Source: Mobula hypostoma
Taxonomy: Eukaryota
DNA: 64,000 nucleotides
Assembly: GCF_963921235.1 (NCBI RefSeq)
Contig: NC_086097.1
Span: forward strand, 161,822,001 to 161,886,000
Reading direction: 5' to 3'
Shown: positions 13,309-28,359 of the stretch, piece after piece
How the letters are laid out: each line of letters starts with the position of its first letter
How positions within the stretch are numbered: position 1 is the stretch's first letter
Notes under the pieces: model-generated
The model's input: the letters and a program-made list of their open reading frames with translations, nothing else
Told to the model about the DNA's origin: nothing
Databases searched by the model: none
Made by a program: the position numbers and the translations under genes

Positions 13309-14378
13309 CATCCTATGTACAAGTGGGGAGTGATCTTTTTTTTACAACATATTCATTGACTTGTGAGAATAAAATCAGGCCTATGAGGTGTAATGTAGTT
13401 GAACAATTTTCCCCAGTATGAATCAAATTGTTCCAACTTATGATTAACAGATGCTGTTATCTCCTCCATTTTGTAAATATCCATTGTAATTTCCATCCAT
13501 GAGTTTAAAGTTGGGCTCTCCTGTGATGAACATTTCCTGGTAAGAGTTTTTACCAGCCACCAGCAATATATTCATTAAATATTTATCTCTTATCAACTAT
13601 TCTTGAGGTACATACCAAAATATATGGTCTTATTTTCTCAGGGTATTTCACATTTAAAAATGTCGTGTAGTGCATTTTGTATCCCACTCCAATAGTCTTT
13701 GATAACGGGGCAATACCAAAAAATATGATAATGGTTTGCATTTTGATTTCCACAATTTCTCCAGTAAACAGGGAGATTACTATCATAATGGGATTTCTGA
13801 GAGGGTGTAATAAAATATCTTATCAAGTTTTTCTATCCAAACTCCCTCCATTTTGGTTAACTGGTACACTTCCATTGATACCTCCATATTATTGTCCATT
13901 CTTGCTCAGATATTCTTTCCTTCTCCCATTTTGTTTTAATGTATGATATCGAATGTGTTTTAAGATTTGACAAACCCTTATACACGCTTGAAATGATTCT
14001 ACTACCGTTATCTGATTTATATGCTTTTCTCAATAGTTCTATGAAGCATGTACTTGCCTTGGTTGCATTTTAACCCTCCTATCAACATACTGTTGCATCC
14101 TGTAGGTACCGATAAAAGTCTTGTTTTTCTAATAAGTGTTTCTCTTTAAGCATTTCAAAACTGAACAGTGTTTCTTCTTTCATTATATTGCAAAGAACTG
14201 TTATTCATTTAGCTGTCCAGTCCATAAATCTAGTATCCAGTTTATTTGGCGTAAAATCCGAGTCAAATGTATACCATTTAAGGGATGAGAAGTATCCCCT
14301 CCTCAGTGTTTTTCCATAGAGAGTTATATGATGGGTTGCACCAACGTGTCACAGCTCTCAACTGTGCTGCAAAATAAT

Positions 14379-14783
14379 TCAAAGATTCAAGATTCAAAAA
14401 ACTTTATTGTCATTCTAACCGTACATCAGCTCTGCAGGGCAGAATGAGACAGCGTTTCTCAGGAGCAGTGCAATCAAAACATAACAAACGCAGCACTAAA
14501 TAATAAACATAACAATAAATAGTAAAACACAACAGCCATATGTCAGTTAAAATCAAGTTATAAGTGTCCAGTGCAAGTTAAAAGTGAACAAAGCAGAGTC
14601 AGGTAGAGCAGCTATTTAGCAGTCTGACTGCCTGTAGTAGCCTTGTGGTTTTAGTTTTGATGCTCCTCTAACGTTTGCCTGATGGCAGAAGAACAAACAG
14701 TTCATGGAGAGGGTGTGAAGGGTCTTTAATGATGTACCGTGTCTTCTGGAGGCATCGACTCTCAAAGAGGTCTTGGGCAGAAG
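14379..14783 (-). mobile_element. Short Rex1-type 3' fragment inserted in L1
   Basis: IIKDPSHPLHELFVLLPSGKR; (TTGAATC)n-like tail; TSD AATAAT at 14373-14378 and 14784-14789. Confidence 0.85.
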
Positions 14784-16754
14784 AATAATCTCTAAGAGAA
14801 GGTAGGCCCCATCCCCTCTTTTCCTTGGCTAATTGCAAAGTTTTGAGACGAACTCTAGGCCTTTTACCTTGCCATCTATATCTTGATAACATTTTGTACC
14901 ATTCATTGAATTGATTCTGATTAATCTCTATTTGTAGGGTCTGAAAGAGATATAATAGTCTGGGCAATATATTCATTTTAATGGATTCAATCCTTGAACT
15001 GAGAGTAAAAGAGGAATTAGTTTCCATCTTCTTGTATCTTCCTTAATTTGTTTTATATATAGGCTGATAATTGCATTCTGATAATTTTGACAAATCTTTT
15101 GGCATAATGATGCCCAAATATTTGAAAGACTCTGTTTGCCATGCCCAGGGATATCTACTTTCAATTTCTGTTGGTGGGCTATAGCTATAGGAAAGTAATT
15201 GGGTTTTATCTATGTTGATCTTGTGTTCTGATAATTGACCATATTGTTCAAAGGATTGCTTCAATTTAGGTAAAGAGTATGTTGGTTGCTCTAGATAGAT
15301 CAAAATGTCATCCGCGTAACAGGCCAATTTATGCTCTGTCCCTTTAATACTAATTCCCCTGATATCTTCATTTTGTCTGATGTATTGAGCTAATGGTTCC
15401 AGACATAATATGAAGAGTAGCGGTGACCATGCACAACCCTGTCTCGTGCCCCTTTCTAGGGTAAAACTATTTGATAAATAACCATTGATTTTAATCCTAG
15501 CAGTAGGGTTGTCATATAGTTGAGGAAGCTTTTCTAATTTAGAAGCCATTCTATAGAAATTCGTGAGGAATTTGTATGGTTTGTTAGGCAGGAAGCAACT
15601 TTACGATGGCTAGTTTGAAGCTGGGTGTCTGTCTAGTTTTATCTTTTGTCCGTTTTGTCTAACGGAGCAGCTATAATGTCACTAAGTTTCTTGCTAGGCC
15701 ATTGGAGAAGGAATTTAAGAGTCAACCATATTGCAAAAGTCTGGTATTGCATGTAGACCAGAGTAGGTAAGGGAGACATTATTTGTAAGAAAGGTGGTTG
15801 GTGGAATGGAGGGTGTATTTTCAGAAATTTGGATAATTTTAAGCGTGTATGTTGTGTTATTCCATAAAGAATTCAATAATGAGAACACAAAGTAGTCTTA
15901 CAGTTTCCTTCCTGTATAAATTGCATTGCCACATTGTAGGTGATCAGAAATCTTAAGAATTAGTCTCTCAATTTCATCTCTCAATCCTTGTGAATAATTC
16001 ATTGTGATCTGGTGGAGTTGTCAAGAAATTGTGTAAACCTTTCTTTCCCAATATAACTTTGAGAAGGAAATCTCTTAATTTTGATATTGAATTTACATTT
16101 AACCCAGGACCCAATGTTTTTGAAGAGACTACTATGCTGCTTCCATCCATTTTGTGTATCCCAGCATCTGGGAGTGTTTCACAGCTTCTTCAATGATAAA
16201 AGCTCTGGCTCTAATTTTTAAACTCGTACTCCGTCCATGCCTGTATAACAAACGGAAATGTTTGGTATTTATCTCCAGTGTTAGTTCATCCTAATGCCAT
16301 GAAAGCTTGGATCAAATAATTCTTTGATCTTCTAAATTACAGACAATGCAGCCTGAGGCTCTTTTTGTAAATTAACCCCCTGAGTTCCTGGTATCATTGC
16401 AAATCTGTGCGTTGTTGCTTCCGAGGTCATTGCATTCTCTCAATGATATGATACTTTGGTAAACTAGTTTATTATTGTCACATGTGGCAAGGTACAGGAA
16501 AAAAAAACTGGCTTTGCATACTGTTGGTGCAGATCAATTCGTTATACCAGTGCAAAGTAAAATAATACGAGTGCATAATACAGTGTTACAACGAGAAAAA
16601 GGAAGCTAGCCTGCTAGATATAATCAAAGATTTTTATTTAGCTACAGGATGAGGTCTAATTCTTTGTATGTGTTCTCTACATATAAAGGCCAAGCTTCTG
16701 TTTATGGTTTTGATTATTATCTGTACCTAGTAGTGACATTTTCAAAGTTAATTT

Positions 16755-19700
16755 AGACCATAAGATATAGGAGCAGAATTCGGCCATTTTGCCCCTTGAG
16801 TCTGCTCCGCCATTTCATCACAGCTGGTCAATTTCCCTCTCAGCCCCAGTCTCCTGTCTTCTCTCCATATCCCTTCATGCCCAGACTAATTATGAGTCTA
16901 TCAACCTCTGCCTTAAATATACCTAATGACTTGGCCTCCACAGGCACCTGTGGCAAGGAATTCCACAGATTCACCACTGGATAAAGAAATTATTTCTTGC
17001 CTCTGTTCTAAATGGATGTTCCTCTAGTCTGAGGCTGCGTACTCTGATCTTAAACTCCTCCACCAAAGGAATCATCCTTTCCACATTCACTCTGTCAAGG
17101 CCTTTCAACATTCTATAGGTTTCAATATCTCTCCTATTCTTCTGAATTCCAGTGAGTACAAGGCCCAGAGCCATCAATTGCTGCTCATATAATAAAGGCT
17201 TTTAATCTCAGAATCATTTTTCTGAACTTCCTTTGAACCCTCTCCAATGTCAGTACATCCTTTCTTCAGAGAGGACCCCCAAAACTGCTTACAATGCTCC
17301 AAGTGAGGCCTCACCAGTGCCTTACAGAGCCTCAATACTACATCTTTGCTTTCATATTATAGTCCTCTTGAAATAAATACCAACATTTCATTTGCCTTCC
17401 TCTCTGTTGACTCAACCTGAAAATTCAACTTTAGGGAATCCTGCACAAGGGCACCTAAGTTCCTTTGCAGCTCAAATTTTTGAATTTTCTCACCATTTAG
17501 AAAATAATTTCCGCTTTTATGTCTTCTACCAAAGTTCATGACCATACACTTCCCGACACTATTACATCTGCCACTTCTTTGACCATTCTCCTATACTGTC
17601 TAAGTTCTTCTGTAGCCTCTTTACTTCCTCAACACTCCCTGCCCCTCCACCTATCTTTGTATCATCTGCAAACTTGGCAACAAAGTCATAAATTCCATCA
17701 GAATAGTTCCAGGCGACACAATCTCTCCTCACAGGTTAACTCCTTCATCCCTGGAATCAACCTAGTGAAAATTTTGCCATCTGTTTTTATATTTTGTGCT
17801 AATTTAGTTTCATACTCTATCTTCCCTTTCCTTATTTATTGTTTAGTTGTTCTCTTGCTTTTTAAAGTTTTCTGAGTCCTCCAGTCTCCCACTACTCCTT
17901 GCGACTTTGTACACGTAAGCTTTTAATTTGATACTATCGTTTATTTCCTTAGTTATCCAAGGTTGGCTCTCCCCACACTTACTGTCCTTCCTTCTGACTG
18001 GAATATACTTTTGTTGAGCACTGTGAAAAATCTCTTTTGAAAGTATTCCATTGTTCCTCAACTGTCCTACCAAATAGCCTGTGCTCCCATTCCACATTAG
18101 CCAGCTCCTCCCTCATTCCATTGTAGTCTCCCTTGTTCAAGCATAATGCAGTTGTTTTAGATCTAACTATTTCACCCTCCATCTGTATGCGAAATTCAAT
18201 CATACTATGATCACTCTTTCCAAGAGGATCCCTGACTACAAGATCGTTAATCTTACCTGTGTCATTGCACAGGACTAGGTCTAAAATAACATTTTCCCTT
18301 GTAGGTTCACTAACATGCTGCCCAAGAAAGTCATCCGGGATGCACTCTATGAAGTCCTGCTCAAAACTTCCTTGACCAACCTAATTCACCCAATGTATGT
18401 GGAAGTTAAAATCCCCCATGACAACTGCTGTTACATTCTACAAGCCTCAGTTATTTCTTGGTTAATCGCCTCTGTCACTGCAATATTTTTATTAGGCGGC
18501 CTGTAGATAACTCCCACCAATGATTTTCTTTTCCTTTTACTATTCTTAATCTCTACCCAGATGGACTCAACATTCTGCTCCATAGATCTTATATCATCTC
18601 TCTCAATCACCCTGATCTCATCCTTAATTAAGAGTGCCACCTCACCTCCTTTGTCTTCCTGCCTATCTTTCTGTATTACCTGATGCCCTTGGATATTTAA
18701 TTCCCAGTCATCTCCACCTTGCAACCAGGTTTCTGTAATGGCTACTAAATCATATGCCTTGGTACTGATCTGTGCCACAAGTTCACCAACCTTGTTTCTA
18801 ATACTACGAGCATTTAGATAAAAGTGCCCTTATACTCATTGTCCTTTTAGAATCTAGTGACCTATGCGATTTTTGCTTTTTACTTTTATGCACTCTACTC
18901 GTACTTTTTTCTTCTCTAACATTAGCTTTGGTCACTGTATCATTTCCCTCTTCTGTGTGGGTTCCCATCCCCCTGCCATATTAGTTTAAAGCCTCCTGAA
19001 CAGCTCTAGCAAACAATTTCCTTAGGACGTTGATCCCGCCCTGCCTAGATGTAGATCGTCCGGATGGTACTGGTCCCATCTCCCCCAGAAGCGGTTCCAA
19101 TGCCCCAAGAATCTGAAACCCTCCCTCCTGCACCACTGCTCAAGCCACATATTCATTCTAGCTATCCTGTCATCCAAATCATTGCTATATAACATACAAA
19201 GCTGTCCCAACACATACCCCTGTGGAACACCACTAATCACTGGCAACCAACCAGAAAAGGCTCCTTTTATTCTCACACTTTGCCTCCTGCCAAACTGCCA
19301 AAGCTGTGTCCATGCCAGTATCATTCTCTAATACGATGGGCTGTTAGCTTGTTAAGCAGCCTCATGTGGCACTATGTCAAAGCCCTTCTGAAAATCCAAG
19401 TACACAACATCCACTGGTTTTCCTTTGTCTATCCTGCTTGTTATTTTTTCAAAAATATTCCAACAGATTAGTGAAGCAAGATTTTCCCTTGAGGAAACCA
19501 TGCTGACTAAGGCTGATTTCATCATGTGCCTCCAAGTACCCCAAAACCACACCCTAAACAGTTGAGTCCAACATCCTTTCAACCTCTGAGGTCAGACTAA
19601 CTGACCTATAATTTCCTCTCATGTGCCTCTCTCCCTTCTTGAAGAGTGGAGTGACATTTGCAATTTTCCCGTCATCGTGAACCATGCCGGAGTCTAATGC

Positions 19701-21370
19701 CTCCACAATGTCTTTCAGAACACTGGTGTGTAGTCCATCTGGTCCAGGTGACTTACCTACCTTAAGACCTTTCAGTTTCGCAAGCACCTTCTTCCTAGTA
19801 CAGGTGTCCCCCGCTTTACGAAAGTTTGCTTTACGTCACTTCGCTTTTACAGAAGACCTACATTAGTACCTGTCTTTGCTAACCGAAAGAAATCCGAAGA
19901 GGATTTTCGCTTTTATGAAAAAAGGCGGCCGCTTTAAACTTGCGTTTACCCTGAGAAAGACCACCATGACCTTGTGCGGGCAGGTATGTGCGCATGTGTG
20001 TACGTGCCGATTCTTTTGTTTCTACAAATCGGTTTTGGCTAAGTCTTCCGGATTCTGCTACGTGAAACTACACTGAACATACATTATTTCTACTCTATAT
20101 AGGCTGTGTATTTATCATACCATTCCTGTTTTTACTATATGTTAGTGTTATTTTAGGTTTTATGTGCTATTTGGTAGGTTATTTTTTGGGTCTGGGAACG
20201 CTCAAAAATTATTCCCATATAAATTAATGGTAATTGCTTCGCTTTATGCCATTTCGGCTTACGAAAGGATTCAGAGGAATGCTCTACTTTCGGATAGCGG
20301 GGGAAAGCTGTAATGGCAACTTCACTCACTTCTGTCTCCTGACACTCTCAGGCTTTGGCATAACGTCTTCCACAATGAAGACTAATCCAAAATATGAAAG
20401 CCTCTTCTCCCGCCCCTCCCCCCACATTTTTATTCAGGCATCTTCCCCCTTACTTCTCAGTCCTGATGAAGGGTCTCTGCATGAAAAATCAGCTATATTC
20501 ATTTCCATAAATGCTGCCAGTCTTTTGCTCATTCTACTAATTTGTCTAAGTCCTGCTGCAATCGCATTACTTCTTCAGCACTACTTACCGCTCCACCTAT
20601 CTTTGTATCCTATGCAAACTTTGCCACAAAGCCATCAATTCCATTATCTAAATCACTGACAAACAATGTGAAAAATAGTGGTCCCAATACAGATCCCTGA
20701 AGAACACCACTAGTCACTGGTAGCCAACTAGAGAAGGCCCCTTTTATTCCCACTCACTAATTGTTAGCCATTAAGCTATCCATGCCAGTATCTTTCCTGT
20801 GACACCGTAGGATTTTATCTTGTTAAGCAGCTTCACATGTAGCACCTTATTAAACGCCTTCAGAAAATTCTAGGGAAAGGACATCCACTGCTTCTTTGTC
20901 TACCCTGCTTGTAATTTCCCCAAAGAATTCGAGCAAATTTGTCAGGCAAGACTTCCCTTGACAGAAACCATACTGACTTTGACTTGTTTTATCATTAGTC
21001 TCGAAGTACCCCAAAACCTCGTCCTTAATAATAGATTCCAACACTTTCCCAAGCACTGAGGTTAAGCTGACTGGCCTATAATTTCCTTTCTTTTGCCTTC
21101 CTCCCTTCTCAAAGAGTGGAGTCATATTTGCAATCTTTCAGTCCTCCATGATGCTTGAAAGATCATGACTAATGCATCCGTTATCTCTTCAGGACTCTAG
21201 GATGTAGTCCATCTGACCCAGGTGGCTTATCCACCTTAAGACCTTTGAGGTTCCCTAGCACTTTTTTCTTTGTAATAGCAATGGCACTCACTCCTGCTCC
21301 CTGACACATGCGGACCACTGGCACACTGCTAGTGTCTTCCAGAGTGAAGATAGATGCAAAATTCCCATTC
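16755..21370 (-). mobile_element. Cluster of degraded CR1 fragments
   Basis: Multiple ORF pieces (AITETWLQ, YRPP, GPDGLH, NYRPVSLT, YLDFQKGFD, FRFLGHW...DDLHL); boundaries approximate. Confidence 0.85.
19801..20310. mobile_element. Tigger/pogo-type MITE
   Basis: TA|CAGGTGTCCCCCGCT ... AGCGGGGGAAAGCTG|TA imperfect TIRs with TA TSD; the CR1 reads through when it is excised (cctagta|atggcaac). Confidence 0.8.
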
Positions 21371-21499
21371 ATTTTGGTGGTGCTCTGCCTGCCTTTTGCT
21401 GCTGCCAATGCCTCTGACGCTTCCTGCACCTGCACACTGGCTATTGTTTTTAAGGAAAAAACCCACACGTTGAAAGAACTCACCGTGTTTATGATCAAT

Positions 21500-22700
21500 T
21501 TAAAGTACATATATGTCACCATATACAACCTTGAGATTCATTTTCTTGTGGACATACTCAATAAATCCAGTAAATCAATGGAAGACTGCTCCAACAGGGT
21601 GGACAGGTATCCGGCACGAGCAATGCTAATGGATTTAAAGTTGGTGACCCTGTCCACTTCTCATCTCGCTACAAGGATTGGCTCACGTACCTCTGGTTTC
21701 CTCCTTCTGAAGTCAATAATCATCTCCTTGGTCTTTGTTGACATTGAGTAAGAGGTTGTCGTGGTGGCATCACTCAGCCAGATTTTCAATCTTTCTCCGA
21801 TATGCTGATTTGTATCCAAATCAGAGAAAATCTGCAGATACTGGAAATGCAAACTGATTAGTATCCACCTTTGATTTGACTTGTGATAGCGGTTTAGTCA
21901 GGAAACTTAAATATGGCATTGGTGCTGTACTTAACCACTATCATAAGTGTAAAGTGAGTAAAGCAGCGGACTAAGCATAAAGTGTTGTGATGCACCTGTG
22001 CTGATGGAGATTGTGGTAGAGATGTTGCCCATCCAAACTGACTGTGATCTGCAAGTGAGTAAACAAGGATCCAATTGCACAAGGAGGTATTGAAATGAAG
22101 CCTTGAAGGTTATTGATTAGTTTTGAAGGAATAGTAGGATTGAATGTTGAGCTGTAGTCGATAAAAGAACATCCTGATGTATGCAGCTTTGCTCTTCAGA
22201 TGTTCTACTGTTCAATGAAGAGCCAGTGAACTAGCATCTGCTGTGAACCTATTGCTCCGGCAGGGAAATTGGAGTGGATCCAAGTCTCCCCTCATGCAGC
22301 GGTTGATATGTTTTATCACCAACCCCTCAAAACATTTCATTACTGTGGATGTAATTGCTACTGGACAACTGTCATCGAGGCAGGTTACCACATCTTTGGC
22401 ACTGATATAATTGTAGCCTGCTTGATGCGGGTGGGTACTTCAGACTGCTGAAATGAGAGGTTAAAGATCTCAGTGAGCACTCAAGTCAGCTGATCAGCAC
22501 AGGTCTTTAGTACTTGACAAGGTACCCCATCTGTTCCAGATGCTTTCCGTGGGTTCACCCTCCTGAAGAATGCTCTCACGTCAGCCTCAGCTACAGAAAT
22601 TGCAGGGTTGTTAGGAATTGTGGGAATTTGTGATGGTTCTTTCATGTTTTGACAGTCAAAGTGAGCATAGAAGTCATTGAACTCATCTGGAAGTGAACCT
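21500..22700 (-). mobile_element. Degraded Rex1-type LINE
   Basis: KTKEMIIDFRR, KFPD; similar to 3810-4760. Confidence 0.75.
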
Positions 22701-22719
22701 GTCTGCCCTCTGTCTTTTC

Positions 22720-23280
22720 CACTGCCACGGTGAGGCCAAATGCAAGTAGCACCTCATATTCCACTCAGGCAGTTTATAGCACGGTGCTATGAACATCGAA
22801 TTTTTTCAGTTTCAATTAACTCACAACCCCACCCCCCACCCCCAACGGATGTTGCTTTCTCACTTCTGCCTGCCCTTTTGTTCATGTTTTCTATTCCTCC
22901 TTCATTACCGAGACCATCCCCACCTGGTTCCATCTGCCCATATGCACATGTTTATCTACCGGTTTTTATTTCCCCTTGGTTTCTTCTCCTTTGCTTCACC
23001 TTTCTTATCTTCTCCCTATCTGGTTCCATATGCCCATCGTCCTTCTCTTATCCATCCATCACCTACCAGTCCCTATCTCTTACCCACTCTGCAGTTTTTT
23101 ATTGTTTGCACCTGTCACACACCTGCCTCTGTCTCAGCAATCCCTCTACTTCTTTATGCTGGCTGTCTACCTTCGACACTCTGTCATGATACAAGGTGTT
23201 GACCTGAAACATCATTTCATCACTTTGCCTACTTTGCTGTTTGATCTGAGTTCTTCCGGCACTTTATTTTCCAACTTTTA
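22720..23280 (+). mobile_element. Old Penelope-like 3' fragment
   Basis: Resembles 37190-37670; pyrimidine-rich tail and decayed hammerhead region near 23185-23215. Confidence 0.55.
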
Positions 23281-24174
23281 AGAGGTTTGCTTCTACTAAA
23301 TATATATACTGTGTTTTTGATGTCCTTTGGAAGTTTCTTTTCATAATCCTTTTCTTTGTCCACCTCCATTATCTTTTTTACCTTTTGTTCTTTATATCTT
23401 ATTTCTTTTGATGTTTATCCTTCACTATCAAATGTATATTTTTTTGAAAATGATCATCTCTGTTAATATCCTTGTTGAAGCTCTCTCAAGAAATACCATT
23501 GTAGTTTAGAATATACCCGAGGCTGGCAGTATCTCTTCTCAAAGTAATACCACATTGCTGCAATTGTAGTTTCTGGTTTTTTTCAAGAATCAGATTGGTT
23601 TGTCTGTGGTCACATATTGGCCCAATGAGGCAAACATGATAGATTGATTTCTCAGATGAGTTTCTACAACAACCAGTAGTTTAGTGCCTTCCATTTTCTG
23701 AAATGAGCTTTTTCTTTTAAATACCAGATTACTTGGATTGGATTAAATAATTTAATTAATTGATTTGTTGGACACCAGACTACTTGTTAAATTTTAATTT
23801 TCCAGTTTGTTAAATAGGAATTGAACTTGCAACTCTGCACTAATGCTCAAACTCCTGTTATTCCAGTAACTTTACTTCATCCCTTTTCACCATGACTGTT
23901 AAACTCAATGGTAACTTTTCATTGTAGCTCAACAGTGGATTGGGTTGTCTCTCTTTCTGCTCATTGTTGTTCAGCTTCTCCCAGTAGACCACGATTTCTG
24001 TCAGGTCCTGATGAAGGGTCTTGGCCCAAAACATCAACTGTTTTAAAACTGTAACTGTATCTACCTCAATCACTTCCTCTGGCAGCTGATTCACATAGGT
24101 CCATCCTTTGTGTAAAGAATTGCCCAAGTTTCTCTTAAATTGTTGACACAAACAACACATTTCACTGCATGTTT

Positions 24175-25750
24175 TGATGTTTGGATATACACGTACCACT
24201 GGATGCTAATACTAAAGTAGCTGTGAAAGACCTCAGTGCCGCTATTAGTAAGCTGCAGACATTGCATCCAGACGGAGTCTTTATTGTTGCTGGGGACTTT
24301 AATCATAGTAACCTACGTACCGAGCTTCCAAGATTTTACCAAAATGTAAGATGCACCACAAGGGGAGATAAAACCTTAGATCATGTCAACAAAAATGTGG
24401 CTGATACTTAGAAAGCCACTACCCTCCCCCACCTGGGACAGTCCATCCATCTTTCATTGGTTTCTGCTTCCCAAGTATAGCCCGGTCATTAAATGTGTGA
24501 AAGCCACAATGAAGACTATTAAGATCTGGCTGGAGGGTGCTGACTCTGCTCTTCAGCACCAATTCCGGCACACAGACTGGAGCGCGTTTGCTGCCCATGC
24601 CACCACAGACTCTCAGATTAACTTGATTTATATACCAACTCTGTCCTTGAGCACATCAACAAGTGTGTAGATAGAGTGACATCACAAAAACAAATAAAAG
24701 TTTTCCCCAATCAGAAACCACAGATGAACAGAGAAGTTCGCCTCCTGCTCAAAGCCAGTGATTCAGCTTTCAGGTCTGGAGACCGGGAGGCTTACAGCTC
24801 CGCCAGGGCCAACCTGAGGTGGGGAATCTCTCAGGCTAAACACATATACAAACAGAGAATCGAGGAGCATTTCAACTCCTCGGACCCCCGGTGCATGTGG
24901 CATGGCATACAGGTCATTACAGACTTCAAACCACCTAGTACTGTGCCCCCTGCCAGCTCTGCTTTCCTCCCTGATGAGCTCAATTACTTTTACACTCACT
25001 TTGACCGAGAGAACAAGGAGGTCACCCTCAAAGCGGATCTCCCACCTGGTGAACTGCCTCTCTCACTTTCCACCTCCGATGTTTGCGCCACCTGAGCAGG
25101 GTGAATGTGCAGAAGGTAGCTGATCCGGATGGAATACCCAGCTGTGTGCTCAGAGTCTGTGCAGGGCAGTTTTACCGGGGTCTTCATGGACAATTTTCTG
25201 TCCCTGGTCCAGGCAGATGTCCCCACAAGTTTCAAGATCACCACCATCGTGCCAGTGCCAAAGCATTCCACTGCCACGGGCCTGAATGACTTACGCCCAG
25301 TTGCGCTCGCCCCCATCATTGCAAAGTGCTTTGAGAGACTGGTTCTATCACATCTGAAATCCCGTCTGGCCAATACCCTGGACCTCCATCAATTTTCCTA
25401 TCAACAGGACACCAGGTCAACAGAGGACACCAACCATGGACTTTTTACTGTCCTCCCAGCTGGTAGGCGCTACAGGAGCCTCCGCTCCCGCACCAGCAGG
25501 CACAGGAAGAGCTTCTTCCCTGAGGCTGTGACCTTGCTGAACCTCACATCACAGCGCTAGGCAGTATTGCACCCATATTATACTGTCTCAGTACTTTTAT
25601 ATTTGTGTGCTGTAGCACTTACTTTTTATTCGCAGTTATTTCGTAAATAACTCTTTTCTTTGCATTTCTGGTCAGATGCTAACTGCATTTCGTTGGCTTT
25701 GTATCTGTACTCGGCACAATGACAGTAAAGTTGTATCTAATCTAATCTAA
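24175..25750 (+). mobile_element. Rex1-type LINE, 5'-truncated with a large internal deletion near 25430
   Basis: VAGDFNH, CTTRGDKTLDH endonuclease; IVPVPK..LNDLRPVAL; jumps directly to LPAGRRYRSL; (TCTAA)n tail. Confidence 0.88.
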
Positions 25751-26284
25751 AAAACATGTAACAAATAAATAAAGCTAATCTTTAGATTTCTTCTCTCACT
25801 ATAAACCCAAGTCCTCCAGTTCTTGATTCCCCAATCCACATGCATTCACCCTATCAGGAAAGACAGTTATAGAGCACTACAGCAGAGAAATAATAAATAC
25901 AGAATAGTAATAGTGTTCTGTAACGATTCTTGTGACAGCGGAGCTGAATGAGTCTGTTTGAAAAGGTACTTCTCTGGTTATTCAGTAGGCCATGGAGGGG
26001 ATGTGCCAGATTGTCCATAATGAATAATAGTTTGTTTAGTCACCTCCTCTCCACCACTAACTCAAGAATCCAGGTTTTAGCCAAGGACGGATCCAGCCTT
26101 TTTGATGAGTTTACTTAGTCTTCTAGCATCACCAGCACCGATGCAGCAAAGAAGACTGCGCTCGCCACAACAGACTGGTAAAAGATCACCAACATCCTGC
26201 TGCACGTGTTAAAGGATCTCAGCTTCCTTGGAAAGTAGTCTGCTGATCCCCTTCTTGTAAACAGCCATGGTGTTGGTTTTCCAA

Positions 26285-26500
26285 CTTTGATGGCTTCATG
26301 AGACAGTACAGTATCACAAATAAAACACATGGGGTGTTGCTGATCTGACGGGAACGGAATAAAACCATACTCCAGGTTTGTAACGTTGTTTGACACACTT
26401 TCTGTAGTTTCTTTTTCTTAGCAGGATTAGAATTCAAGGCTTCACTGCTTTCAGACTCATAGAGATCACACCATATGTATTTATCCATCATTAACATAGC
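26285..26500 (-). mobile_element. hAT (Charlie/Buster/ZBED5-like) transposase N-terminal fragment
   Basis: Frameshifted PAKKKK...LEYGF...PMCFICDTVLSHEA / MKPSKL BED-finger signature. Confidence 0.7.
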
Positions 26501-26845
26501 TGCATTAAAAAAAAATTAACAGTGGGAATGCCTATTGGATATTGATGATGGCAGCGAGTTGATACAGTCAGGTCTTGTGCCTCAGGTTAGGATGCTGCTT
26601 ACCCCCACCCCCCTCCTCCCAAGAATTTTGTATGCCACCTCGATAACTTCTATTTCCCCTAACATCCCCTTAGGACATGTTGGAAATTGCTGATGTAGAG
26701 GAAATTCGAGCTTTATTACTGTATTTGGTAGCGTTGCTGTTCCCATAGACACTGGACTGTGTGGTATACTGGGAAAAACCGACAAGTGATATTTAAATAG
26801 TTAATTTAAAATAATAAAATAAGTAATTTAATAAAGGTTGCACTA

Positions 26846-28320
26846 TGTCATAGTCATAGTCATACTTTATTGATCCTGGGGGAAATTGGTTTACATTACA
26901 GTTGCACCATAAATAATAGTAATAGAACCATAAATAGTTAAATAGTAATATGTAAATTATGCCAGTAAATTATGAAGTAAGTCCAGGACCAGCCTATTGG
27001 CTCCGGGTGTCTGACCCTCCAAGGGAGGAGTTGTAAAGTTTGATGGCCACAGGCAAGAATGACTTGCTATGATGCTCTGTGCTGCATCTCGGTGGAATGA
27101 GTCTCTGGCTGAATGTACTCCTGTGCCCACCCAGTACAGTATGTAGTGGGTGGGAGACATTGTCCAAGATGGCATGCAACTTGGACAGCATCCTCTCTGC
27201 AGACATCACCATGAGGGAGTCCAGTTCCATCCCCACAACATCACTGGCCTTATGAATGAGTTTGTTGATTCTGTTGGTGTCTGCTACCCTTAGCCTGCTG
27301 CCCCAGCACACAACAGCAAACATGATAGCACTGGCCACCACAGACTCGTAGAACATCCTCAGCATCGTCCGGCAGATGTTAGAGGACCTCAGTCTCCTCA
27401 GGAAATAGAGACGGCTCTGACCCTTCTTGTAGACAGCCTCAGTGTTCTTTGACCAGTCCAGTTTATTGTCATTTTGTATCCCCAGGTATTTGTAATCCTC
27501 CACCATGTCCACACTGACCACCTGGATGGAAACAGGGGTCACCGGTACCTCAGCTCTCCGCAGGTCTACCACCAGCTCCTTAGTCTTTTTCACATTAAGC
27601 TGCAGATAATTCTGCTCACACCATGTGACAAAGTTTCCTACCATAGCCCTGTACTCAGCCTCATCTCCCTTGCTGATGCATCCAACTATGGCAGAGTCAT
27701 CCGAAAACTTCTGAAGATGACAAGACTCTGTGCAGTAGTTGAAGTCCGAGGTGTAAATGATGAAGAGAAAGGGAGACAAGACAGTCCCTTGTGGAGCCCC
27801 AGTGCTGCTGATCATTCTGTGGGACACACAGTGTTGCAAGCACACATACTGTGGTCTGCCAGTCAGATAGCCAAGAATCCATGATACCAGGGAAGTATCC
27901 GCCCGCATCACTGTCAGCTTCTCCCCCAGCAGAGCAGGACGGATGGTGTTGAGCGCACTGGAGAAGTCAAAAAACATGACCCTCACAGTGCTCGCTGGCT
28001 TGTCCAGGTGGGCGTAGACACGGTTCAGCAGGTAGACGATGGCATCCTCAACTCCTAGTCGTGACTGGTAGGCGAACTGGAGGGGATCTAAGTGTGGCCT
28101 GACCTTAGGCCAGAGCAGCTCCAGAACAAGTCTCTCCAGGGTCTTCATGATGTGGGAGGTCAATGCCACCGGTCTGTAGTCATTGAGGCCGCTGGGGCGC
28201 GGCGTCTTCGGCACAGGGACGATTCAGGACGTCTTACACAGTACAGGAACCCTCCGGAGCCTCAGGCTCAGGTTGAATACATGGCGAAGTACTCCATATA
28301 GCTGAGGGGCACAGGCTTTG
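26846..28320 (-). mobile_element. Young 5'-truncated Rex1 LINE with an open 406-aa RT frame (26994-28214)
   Basis: LNDYRPVALTS, FFDFSSA, GAPQGTVLSP, KFSDD; (CTATGA)n tail; nearly identical by eye to 48785-54356. Confidence 0.95.
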
Positions 28321-28359
28321 TTGTGTTCTGCCTTTTTTTCCTTTTGTACTACCTGGATA

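Larger units (their letters stand above)
11810..15520 (-). mobile_element. 5'-truncated, degraded L1-clade LINE carrying two nested inserts
   Basis: [53 protein letters not shown] zinc knuckle; T-rich tail near 11820. Confidence 0.9.
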